A stretch of DNA of 64,000 nt from Oopsacas minuta. Taxonomy: Eukaryota > Animalia > Porifera. Position numbers and translations under genes: made by a program. Positions 25,991 through 37,756 of this stretch are shown here, piece after piece. Location: contig JAKMXF010000316.1 in the NCBI GenBank assembly GCA_024704765.1, positions 310,001 to 374,000 on the forward strand, written 5' to 3'. A model generated the notes under the pieces. That model saw nothing but the letters and a program-made list of their open reading frames with translations, searched no databases and was not told the origin of the DNA. Positions within the stretch are counted from its first letter, which is position 1; each line of letters begins with the position of its first letter.

Positions 25991-27562
25991 CAATAGCGAA
26001 ATATGCGAAATATTTCACTTAAAGTATTTCGATGGTAAAAACCGATTGAAAACAACAGATTTTCTGTATAAGTGGTATTAAACCCGTTATTGGTTTGATT
26101 ACTGACAAATTTGTAGATATGATACTATAGTTGCAAAATTTGTAAATATTCTTCAAACAGGGAAATTGTGGGAAAATTAACTAGTTCCAGTGTAAAATTC
26201 CACCCTGATCTACTACAGTATAGCAAAATAAGTTATGAAACGATGTACATATTCGCAAATTACCAATTCCAAACAATAGCTAGCCACTTGGGCTAAATAT
26301 TTCATGTAGTTTGATGTGAATAATCCATTTTTAATACTTTCAAGACAAATTATTTAGTCTCTATTATTTACTATTAGTTAAAAAAACTAAAAGAAGTGCT
26401 TAAAAACAAATATCTAGTGACATATGCCGATTAGCTCTGCTTTATCTCTCATTTCAACGCTATTATTGATGATACAATAGATTTAATAAATTATATGATT
26501 TACTATATTTTGAGAGTCCCAGGCAAATAAACATAACAAAATCACTTTGTGCGCACTAGTGAATGTATTATCAAATCGACAATATAAAGCATTGTGAGTT
26601 CGCGACACGAAATGACACAATAAGTTGCATCACCAAATATCTTGCCGACTGCGTAAAACGTTTTTATTGAATTATTATTAAGTATAGATGGTTGCAGATT
26701 AGAAACTAAACTAATATGATTGAGTTCAGATGACGATTTCTAGTATATTGTTAGCACTTTGAGGTAGCAAAAGCAGATAAAATTAAACGATATACTGATT
26801 TGTTGGGACTTGAAAGATCACATTGTCGAATTGACCCATTCGGTGTGGATGTAAAATGGATTAAAGATGATCCATCTATAATTTACAGTGATAATTTCAC
26901 AAAACATTTCTTTTAAGCACGTAGTGACGAGTATAATACCCGGTCGCATAGCGACACAAACCATCAAGAAATTTAGCTAGTGAATACTTAAGCTAACCTG
27001 AGGAACTAAGCTGTGGCGCAGCGACCTAGCAAGCGAAGCGCGTAGTACAGCTTGATTCCGCTTTAATTGTATTGGAAATGGACAGACGTATTTGGGAAAC
27101 TCCTATAACTTTTTAGTTTTAATAAATTTTAATTAAATAGCCCTACAATTTTCACTCAGGAATGTGCAAACTTGATCATTATAAATTGTATTACTTTGTA
27201 CAAAACACCATTAGATCATTGAGTATGAATACTGAAATCTCATCTGTAATATTTATCGTTCAACGGAGTATCACAGATAGACATATCTAAGCGCCAAAAG
27301 TGTGTATTAAGCACAGAATTTCCAGAGTTCGAGCGCTTACAGTCCTTATTTTAATGAGTATAAACTTTCGATATATATTTTTGTGAATTTGAAATATATG
27401 GATACCTATGTATCCGAAAAATATTATTATACGGAAATATTTACTGAGTCTTACACTGATAAATTCGGTCATCTGACAATCATTGAAATTGTTTTAGCAA
27501 ATTTCTGGGTATCTCGACAATCTTTAGATTCTCAGTAGCATTTTGTAAATAATTTTCTAGAA

Positions 27563-27960
27563 CAATGGTTCTTCAACTGGGGTTCGTGATCCTTTCTAGA
27601 CCGTGAAGCATTTTGAGAGGGACCGTACATGGATGGTAAGTCAAGGAAGGAGTGGTTGATGGTCTTAGACTGATTGCAAAGAAAAAGTATCCTTTTACAA
27701 AGATCTTAATAATTATACATGACAATGTCAGAACCAAGAAAATTTCCCAAATTGTTGAAAGTAGAAAAACTGGTAGTTTAGGCGTTCCCGACATCTTATC
27801 TCGTTGAGAGAGGTATTAGCACAATCGTTCAATAGCTAACGAAGCAAAGAAACAGGCTAGATATCTCTCAGTGTGGAGATCGAAGATTGCTGATAGCTGC
27901 TCACTGATATCAAACAAGATAAAAAGGATCAAATGGAGGTCTGCCAACTAAAAGTTTAAA
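27563..27960 (+). mobile_element. internally deleted Buster-type hAT fragment
   Basis: Starts CAATGGTTCTTCAACTGGGG. DNA at ~27740-27890 closely matches the FPNLWKVAKLLVLAFPTSYLVERG..LDISQCGD segment at 17990-18140. Confidence 0.7.
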
Positions 27961-28748
27961 TAGAAATGTATCACAGGTGGAGCAATGCCACAACTGTGCC
28001 ACTGCTTTGGGGCACCTATGCCCTAAGCTTTAATGAGCCTAGCTAAGCTTGTATAAAAAACATTTCAAAGCAGGTAAATTATCAAAATTAAAAATGAATT
28101 TTTCGAGAATATACAATCAAAAATATCATGTTAGAACATGCTCAACAAATTAGTGATAATCGGTTCGTAAGTGAATATCAACCGATTGCCAATATTAGTT
28201 TCGGTTGACCAAAATATTTAACTTCGGTATAGTATTACAACCTTCTAAATAATGTTTGTAATAGACATTAGTCAAATATGAATAAATGGGATGCACCTAT
28301 GGTGAAAAATGACGTATATAAACTCATGATTATATGTTTGTGTGGCATGGAAATTATGGGAGGACCCTGGCCCAAAGAAAACGACGCAAAGGTTAACACA
28401 ATATAAGTAAACTTATTTGACTGTCGACCAATGTATTTAAACGCCATGCAGTCAGCCGAAGTACATGATTGTGTCGGCGGACGGCTTAGCTGAATAACTA
28501 AATTCATATTTTAAAGTTCACAAAGTGAAATGTAAACATTAAAATTGACAATCAATTGGTAGCGGCAAATATATTCTCCTCCGAAGCCATGTACATAGCA
28601 AATAAGACCGAATTCGAACATAAATAAAGCCTGGTTTATGAAAACTAAATTTTTGTGTAGATTAAAACAAATATGAACACCAATTTATGAGGCAACAAGT
28701 CCACAAAGCTTGCTATATTTTAAAATATAGTATATTAAACATACTCAC

Positions 28749-29050
28749 ATTGTATTAGCTTGAAAAAGCTCCAAAGCTTTTAGGAAGTTATCTCCCATCT
28801 CAATAAGACCATCATAGTCATATATGGACTGTGGGACAGACAACAAAGCTTTACAATTGTAAGCTCTCTGTAGATATTGAGTTTTATGGCCACATCTACT
28901 GAAATAGAAATCCAAACACTGCAAAGCAATATCTCTCCGCATTTCTTCAATAGCTTGCTCACAAATAGGAACAAGATTGTCTAAGAAAACCTCATCCTTC
29001 TTCACCAAGGTTAGGAATAATTCAAAATTGGTCTCCAATTTAGAAGCCAT
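28749..29050 (-). CDS. CFAP46: first coding exon of a CFAP46 (TTC40)-like cilia/flagella protein
   Basis: LVPICEQAIEEMRRDIALQCLDFYFSRCGHKTQYLQRAYNCKALLSVPQS..NFLKALELFQ aligns by eye with the human CFAP46 N-terminus as I recall it (LCAEQALKM..VSEDCIQMYF..TQFLGRAHLCRAQMCAPKS..YMKAINFAK). Ends at a donor ACAAT|GTGAGT. Later exons not identified. Confidence 0.7.
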
Positions 29051-29698
29051 TCAACATGAACAACAAAAGCAAACGGTATTAGCAAACAAACTAAACATGA
29101 ATGAAGAGAGTGAGTAGATAAGAAAAAATTTTGGTATTGGTGCACTTTTCAGTTTTAATCAAAATATTGTATATATAGGTTCATGGGCGCCAGTACTCCC
29201 TTTGGTCAGGGAGGGAGTACCTGATTAACTAGGATTTGTATATGAATACTTTGGATAGTGCCGGATCCGGTGCACCCCTAACTTTGTGATGTAAATTTTG
29301 GTACAGATATGCAGTCTCACACGTTTGAAGAAGAAATCTCAATGCTTTTCGAGATGCTGGATTGGCATCTATGTGAATCACAGATATCATTGCATTTCAA
29401 TCACTAAATAGCTACCCAAGAACACAATTTGTATATTTGTCAGCAAGATAGTTTCTATACACTTTTAAGTTGGGAAAAGGAATTTACTTGAATCAGTCTA
29501 ATGTCACTTTATTACTACATTTCGAGGGATCGGATGGTGAATAATAAAATCTCGCAGATGCTATCGGCCACTAACATAAAGAAACCTATAAGTACACTAA
29601 GAGGACAAAAATACTTGCATGCAAAAATATGCAATTGTTTATCGTGGAAATAGGGTAAATATTTGAATATTCATACGATAATTCAATTGAAAGACTGT

Positions 29699-30281
29699 TT
29701 GACTATGTTAGTTGACGATGTACTCACTAAATCGAAGAATATGTTGCGAATCAAATATTCTCTAGCCTGACTTTACTCATTAAATAGATAACGTGCTAGG
29801 AATATATTCTATTAATAATTGTCCACAATACAAATGAGATGGAGCAATTCTTATAACATATTCGCAACCTACGGGTGTGTATTACCCCAGTATCAATTTT
29901 TTCGAACTGATTAGAGCAAAAATTGTTGACTTAATAGCATTTTCAAATTTGTGCCACAAGTGTTAGAAGTAGCCCACTACTAGAATTTTGCCACAAGAAT
30001 TGAATAATGTATGAAAATCATTTGAGACGCTCTAAACAGATTTGGAAATAGTCGTATGGCTGGGAATAAGTCGATTTTTGAAACATCTTAATAATCATAC
30101 GAAGGGGTGCAAACATACTTTGAATGGGCCATTTCTGCAACTTGTGCCACAAATATGAAAATGGTATTAAGTCAACATGATTTGTTCTAAAGTCCGAAAT
30201 CTTCATTCTGGGGTAATAAATACCTGTAGGATTCGAATATGCTATCATATTAGTGAGGACAATGTCAACTAACATAGTCAA
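29699..30281. mobile_element. MITE-like element with imperfect long inverted ends
   Basis: TGACTATGTTAGTTGACGATGTACTCACTAA / TTAGTGAGGACAATGTCAACTAACATAGTCA, plus an inner inverted block containing TATTACCCCAG / CTGGGGTAATA. Confidence 0.55.
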
Positions 30282-31192
30282 TAAGTTCCTTCAATAAAAT
30301 TATCGTATACATAATCAAAAATTTGCCATATTTCCTGGATTTACAATAGTATATATTGTAGTGTACAAGTATTTGTGTTCGATTAGCGGATAATGCTATA
30401 GTATTACTCTGCATAGTAATTGGTAAACCAGTAAATTGCACATTATTAATGACATAAAGGATTGTGCGCACTTGCCACAGTTAGAAAAAATGGACACTTA
30501 ATTGAAAATAAGGATATACATACTCTACAAATACAAAATCTTCCATTTATTGTATATGATGGACAAAATCGATTGGAAACGACAAAATATCTAAAAGCAG
30601 TAATTTTACAATTCAACATGGTTTGAGATAAATGTGTGAATATGATATTAATAGATTTATTCGCTTATTGTCAACCTATTTTCAGGCCCATCTAGTTCTT
30701 GTTTTGAATATATTTCCATATTAGCTAACTTTGCGTATTAGCAATCAATATTTAGACACAACACGAGTAGCTAATAAGACTGTTGAAATTTGGAGCTAAT
30801 GGTAGCTAATAACACATCTCAGCTGCTCGGAGTTATTTCTTAGTGTTCTTTTCAGGGCGGGGCTAGCCCGGTAGCTCCACAGACCCCTAGTGTATATACG
30901 GCTACACAGGGCCCAGCCTGATTTAGGGCTCCTGGGTCAGAAATATTTCAGGTTCAATATACTACCAAGCAATGTTGACTATCATGATATTCAATATTAT
31001 AAATCCCCTATCGTACTTTATATTTTAGCATCAAGTCCTATGGTTAAGATCCTGAGTAACCTTTGCCCTCTGTATAACTATTGAAACGAATTCTCCACCA
31101 TCAATATGTAATATGTGCTTAAAGGTGTGAAAATATGATTATAATACTTTTACCACTTTAAGATAAAAATTTATTGGTACTATGGGTAGAAT

Positions 31193-33068
31193 CAGGGGCG
31201 TCGGAAGCAAATTTAAAGTTGTGAGCCGATTGCTGAATCAAACAAATTTTTATAAATAATGTAATGATCTTATGTAAATAAATATTTGATAAATCGTTAA
31301 TAAAGAGCATTCATTATAAATTTTCCAAATATGGATTGACGATGTTCTGAGCCTCCAACAAATTCATTTGCCTCTTCAATCAAGCTCAGTTCATCTGTCT
31401 TTCCTTGTGAATGTCCAAAATTATTGCAGAGTAAATACGCATATCTGACATCGTTGAGCGGAGATAAGATTCGATAAAACGTAGTGTGCTGAATGATCTT
31501 TCACTTACAGCATTAGTAGCTGGCATTATTACGATTAGTTTCGCAATAATGAAAACTTCGGATAAAGCATTCTTTGTGGTTCATAAAATGATCGAGGAGT
31601 TTTAAGAGAGAGGTAAGGAAAATTTCGGATTTAACACTATGATTGGCTTGTAAAATCTCCAACTGCATTTTCAGTATCTGAGGACAAAGATCATTTGCAT
31701 AAATACTTGTTACAAAGTCAAATTCTTCCTTATAAGCTCCCATTCACACATTTTAACAAAAGATCTTGCAAGTTAGTGATACCCGATAGCCTGGTTGATC
31801 AAATCTTTCTTGAATACGAGTAATAATTCGATCCAATGCTTGAAAATAATTATAGTTGTAATATTCATCACTTCTTGAAGGCAGGTTTGAAGCTGAAGAA
31901 TCTGTTTAAAATCTTTGTGATCATTTTCTGGACAATCTTGCTTCGCCTATACCTAATTCGTCTGCGGTTTTAGTTGCACTTAACCAAAAAGAGCGGAATT
32001 ATCTTCTGTTCCCATATCTTTTAGTGTTTTTAGAATCAATTGTACAATCTGTTGGGCTTCTGCAGCAGATATATCTGTCGATTGAAGTATTTTACTGAGA
32101 TTTTCAGAATGACCGAGAAGATATTCTCCAGTATTAATATTTTCCATGTGGGGAAGATACACCACGAATTCTACTCTTGATTTCGATGTCTTTACAATGG
32201 CAGAAGGATGCATCGCAAAGCAGTTGTAAAGCTCTATAGTTTGTCTGAATGCAATGCAAAGCTTGTCCTCTAACTGTCCACCTTGTTGGGCATAAAATAC
32301 GTACTCCAGGTGTACTATCTGCAAGCTGATCTTTGAGGCAATGTGGAAGGAGCCTCTCCGAGGAGATCTCTTGACAAGTATAGCGATTTTCTGTCTTATC
32401 TCTAGCGCATCTTTCATAACTTTACATTGTTTAACGATCTCATAGCAAGCTAAATTTAAAGAGTGCCCAATAACAATCAGTATATACAGCATGTGGTTCT
32501 TCTTTTAAAATCTGTGCCACACTTCATTCCGGAACCCGAACATTGAAGCAGCACCGTCATAACACCAACCGCGTAACTTTGTGAAAGTTTGGGTAAGTCG
32601 TAGTACAACATCGCGAATCATAGCTATAATGGAATTTGCATCAGTTGATTCAATCTGATAAGGACAGATAAAATCTTCATTAGCTCTTAGTTCGTAATCT
32701 ACCCAAAGTATGCAGATAACTGCTTGCTCATTGTTAGAATTATATGTTGTTTCATCCACCATAAGAGAGTAGAATGATACTGAATGAAGAGAATCTGTTG
32801 ACTATAGAGGATATTGTGAGAGCTTATATTCAATAACTCATTCTGAGTATCAGCTCAGGTATACTTATTCAATTTCTTTTTGATACAGGTCATGATACAA
32901 TAATAATTTTCTATAAGCTTCAAAAGTAGGCTAAAGTTAGAATTAAATTCTTCACCATGATCCCTAATTCCAATACCATGACGAGCCAAGAAACTCTTAT
33001 TGGAAAGGATTTCAAAAGCAATGACGATTTCAAATTTTCGCAGCTTGAGTTGTTTCGAAAGACTCTCA
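31193..33068 (-). mobile_element. 5'-truncated ZMYM1-like hAT remnant
   Basis: End CAGGGGCGTCGGAAG at 31193. Minus ORFs 32505-32762 (MVDETT, CYDGAASMFG), 31980-32492 and 31513-31743. The coding remnant runs up to the Transib TIR at 33069. Confidence 0.75.
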
Positions 33069-33780
33069 CACAGTGGCTTAGTAGTAAAGAATTAAGAAAT
33101 TTTTATAGTAATGCTTTCATTCCTTTATGGTTTCATTGTGTTTCTAAACATTCAAGTAGCATCCATTCCAATTTTCGAATCATTTGGTAGCCATTAGTTA
33201 TGTAAATTTGAATCGAAACTTTGTGGTTTTTGATGCTGAAATTATCGTTTCGGAGAATTTAAAATATGCAAGATATTCACATTGATTCTGATTCTTTATA
33301 GAATATATTAGTGATCTATTGTTTCATCTATTCTGGACAATTTTGCATGCTGATTTCAAATTTTGTATCAGATATATCCTAAACTGTGTACTTTTCATGT
33401 GAAGGAATGTTGTACCCAGGGTAATAATGAATCCCAATTTTCCATCGATCAAATTTTGAAAGTGTCTGAAAGAAATCTCAAGGAACGTCAAAGCGAAAAT
33501 AATACCAGTTGTTGTTTACAATTTATACTATGTTATATGAAGATGACAAGCCCCGAAACAGTGCGCAACTTTGATCTTTTGGTCACATTCCATTGTTTAT
33601 AATCGTTGCTATGGAAATTCCTAAAGTGATATATGTGACTATGTAATTGAATACCCGTCTAATCCCAATTCTTCTTGGAAATTACTGCACAAAATTAAAC
33701 ATATATACGTGTGTATATACGTGTACTTGTGTTTTCAATCAAACACCTATATTTTCTCATAGATAATTTATCCGTGATCA

Positions 33781-35940
33781 ATGGCTGAACCAATTGCTCC
33801 GATGACTCCCTCCGAATCCCGTCTCGATTTAGCGAGAATCCTGAAAGCAAATGGCAATTGCGTCGAAAGAACTCTCTATTATCTTAGCGATCTCCATGGA
33901 TTAGACGATGCCAAGCAGGCTAAACTTGAATTGATTTACGTAGAATACGAGATATGATTAGAACTTCAAAGAAATCACTTGAATCTTTGCATGGAGATTG
34001 GTGGCATTCTGAAATTTGCTCAGAATTATTTATAGCTTCACAAACCCCCCAAAAACTAAGTCGGTGCGCCAAAAGAAATAACTTATCAATCTTTCATTGC
34101 AACATCAGCGTTCCAGCATCTCTAGTGTCCTTGAGTCTATCAGGTCCATCTCGGTAATCGAAAAAACTCCTGAAATTACAATTGCAGCTCTTGCTTTGCA
34201 ATTGTCGTGCAATGAAGAAGACAATCGAGAAGTTGAAAGGGTATCTAAATCAATTGTGCAGGGAAAATTCTCTGGTCAATTCGGGCGTGCATCCAAAAGC
34301 AAAGAATTGGATGTGGAGAGGCATTATTTCTTTTGGATCTACTAGAGATTGGCAGGAGGAAGTATACTCTACTACGAAAACTTTTGTTATCTAATGAAAT
34401 TCACTTTCCTACATATCAAAGGGTGACCGATCATAGAAATAATTTAGTACTACAAAGTATGATTCAACTACACCCGAATCCTACAGCCCCAGTTGGTGTG
34501 TGTGTGTGTGTGTGTGCCATACGCTCAATTTGTCTACCATACATTTTGTAGAATTATGTCCACTCTACCGTCCCCTTCAAATGAGGATTTTCCTATCCGA
34601 TTTCAGATTGCTGATGGCTTAGATGGATCTGGAAAGCATACCGTACATAATCAACCAATACGAATACATCTACCAAATCGTCCATCCTATTTGCTTCAAA
34701 GCAATACACATTTTCAATTCTAGTGGAAGGAACCTTGGAAAAACAACTACCCGAATTCTCTATTCTCCCAACGTCCAATTTTCCTTCTTGCTGCCACAGA
34801 AAATCGTGACAATATTCACCAATTTATGAAAGATATCATCAATCCCGAAACAGATCAACTGAAGGACCAAGGTTTCTATTTTGCCGATGATAAACATATG
34901 TTTGTCGATGTTGTCCGATCAATGCTTGATGGTAAAATGGCAAGTATTCTCTCAGGAGCAGGAGGTGCGAGTTGCCAACTATGTACTGCAACGCAGAAAG
35001 AACTAAAAGATCGTGATTTATTTTTGCAAGGCTATCCCATCAATAGAAACATTTCAGACGCCATTCAATTATTTGGAGAACTGGAAGACGTTGATGTTTT
35101 CTTTTCATTACCAACAAATCAAAGATTTAACCTGACTCACCAACCATTGTCAACAATAGATATTCTACCTGCTTCTCCCTTACATTCCTATACGTGCATT
35201 TTAGATGGTTTAATTTACTTGTGTACCACCTGAATTGTAACAAGCTCACATGGTCGCCATCATCAAAAGAAATTAAAGACTCTATGATGGATGTGCGAAC
35301 CATAGTTCAAGAAGTAACAGGTCTAAGAATTGACCAACCAGACCCCAAAGGAGGTACTACTTCCATTGGTGGTGTGGCTCGAAGAGCTTTTTCAAATGAC
35401 TCCAAGTTTATTGAATGCGCAATGTCTTTGGTTAAGATTGATCATAAGGACTCACTTTGTAAATTGCACACACAATTATCTGTCATTCTGAGAATCATAA
35501 ATTCAGACAGAAAAATTGGGTAACCTTTGTACAGACACCTATCTCCTTATACCTCAATCCTTTCCCTGGGTGAACATTACACCGACTTTACATAAATTAC
35601 TAGCCCATTCTGGAGAAATACTGAGAGAGATGAACTTTGGGTATGGATTGAAATGCTTTAGCGAAGAAGGATCCGAAGCCTGCAACAAATTAATCAGGAA
35701 ATATAGGGAACATCCAGCAAGGAAAACTTCCTTCGAGGGTAATCTCATTGATATATTTGTCAGACCCTCATCTGAGAGCGATCCTGTTTAATGAAATATC
35801 GATCGACAGTGGTGTGCGAAAAGTGCGGAGAACACGGTCATACCCGAAGAGCTAAGTGCTGTAGAGACAATGCAACAGATTTATTAGAATCATCTATTGA
35901 TAATATCGTCAAGTGCCTTATTATTGATACGATATTGTAA
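33781..35940 (+). pseudogene. RAG1-like/Transib transposase pseudogene
   Basis: Frameshifted motifs in order: QIADGLDGSGKH, PNSP-like, LDGKMASILSGAGGASCQLC, PLHSYTC, ITPTLHKLLAH, SEEGSEACNKLIRKYREHPARKTSF, tail CEKCGEHGHTRRAKCC. All parallel ORF 56046-57992. Confidence 0.9.
34496..34516 (+). repeat. (GT)10 microsatellite inside the copy A transposase
   Basis: GTGTGTGTGTGTGTGTGTGTG at the junction of ORFs 34333-34551 and 34493-34723. Confidence 0.95.
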
Positions 35941-36497
35941 CAACGTAGTTTGCTGAATGTTAGTGAATAAATAATGCAATAAAACATCCCTTAATATAAG
36001 TGCTTATTGTTTTTATCCAGAAATTGTTAGAATTGATATATATATTAGCAAAAAAGATATGAATAAATTCTAAAAACGCATTTAGAAGTATTAAGTACAA
36101 AAGCAAAAATTGTGTAGACGTCATTTTATAAAAATTATGAGTAATTTTGAAATTCTAACAGTTGTAATTGCCTCCATGGATATGATATACTATACCCAAA
36201 TAATACAATTTATAGGGCTAACATTGTTATACAATCAGATATTAAAGAAAAACAAATTTCAGCATATAGCTATGACGTCAGAATATTATATATAGAAACC
36301 TTATAAAAACTTTGAATGCACTAAATGATTCCTAGCATATGATAACCAATATGCTGATAATACATTATATATGTCTATTTCAAAATCAAAATACTCATTC
36401 TTTACTAACTCCCATTTTAAGCCACTGTGCAGATTCAGCATATGAATTCCATGTTTTCTAGAGTATCATAGTACCTCAAGTACAAATCTTGATTCTA

Positions 36498-37065
36498 CTG
36501 GGTGTGCCAAATAACGGGCCCCGAGCACATTTCAAGGCACTTTGAAACTATTGGTCAAACAAACAATAATAATCTATATATTCTATGCAAAGATATGTTA
36601 GATAATCTAAAGACGAAGTAATAGAGTATTCAGTAGGAGTCTTAGCGCGTTCAGGGAATTTTTGAAACGCCTCCTTCAAGGAAATTAAACAACAATTTTG
36701 AATATTTTCGATGTTAAATTCGCCCTGGAAATCGAGAATTCATGGTTGAATTAAGAATTTTCAGACTGAGAGAAATGTTAAAAACCGAAATAGTAGGTCC
36801 GAAGACCGTAGAAGTCCTTCAGGAAAAATAGTCCTGAAGAATGTAATGGGAATTTTGGTCTAAAAATCCAAAAATGTTAAGATTGTAATTATGTTCATCT
36901 AGAACAGAAACTCGAATCCTCGTAGACTTTCAACCTACGCTAATAATAGCTTGTGTTCTTCTTGCACGCCATTTAGCTCTATAACTATAAGGTTTTGTTA
37001 ATCTCTCCTAAATATTATGCACATTCGAAGCTAATTGTTCGGGCTCGTTTGTTTGGCTCACCCTG
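36498..37065. mobile_element. Tc1/mariner-type non-autonomous element
   Basis: TA|CTGGGTGTGCCAAATAACGGGCCCCGAGC ... GTTCGGGCTCGTTTGTTTGGCTCACCCTG|TA. Confidence 0.65.
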
Positions 37066-37756
37066 TACTATTTCACATCTTAGAGATAGTGTACAGGATA
37101 TCGACCACTCATATGTTTCTCCGGATCAAATGAGGCTTAAGGATTTAGGGTGAACAATTTTCGATTTTAATTCATTAGTGTCTGACTGGTTCGCAAGGAT
37201 CTAATATTATCTGGGTTGCACAAACTATATTAAAAAGAACAGTTTGCTATAAGTAATTCCTTCAAGGATACTTTATACTCTCAAAGATAATAAAATTTCA
37301 CAAGTATCCCATCTAGGAAAAAATGTGCAAATATATCATAGGGGAATAGCTCATTGGGCTACTTCTGTCACAATAGATGGACAAGTTTTGCTTATGTTTA
37401 GACTCTATTTACATACCTTGAGCCCAATTAGAGAAACAGATAACTTCATTTTATTTTTAACTCAAAAGGAATTTACAAAAACTGTTGTCAGTGTTGATCA
37501 CCAAAGGACTCCTCCTCTTTTGATCCATAAGTAAAAGCATTTACCTATCATACTGCAGTAGGTAATGATGTCATTACAATATGTTTTGATTATCTGAAAC
37601 TTCGGAAGCATATCGAAAAATGCCTAATTTTGAAGAAACTTTCCAGCTTTACTCAACAACAATTGACAAGATGTAAACTCCAGAATGCATGTTGCAGAGT
37701 ATTCGAGATTTTCGTGTGTACCTGTATGCACTAAATGTTTCGGATATACACGTACA

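Larger units (their letters stand above)
33069..36429 (+). mobile_element. RAG1-like/Transib transposon, degenerate copy A
   Basis: Left end CACAGTGGCTTAGTAGTAAAGAAT; right end (rc) CACAGTGGCTTAAAATGGGAGTTAGTAAAGAAT. Flanks TCTCA/CAGAT do not form a TSD. Confidence 0.85.
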
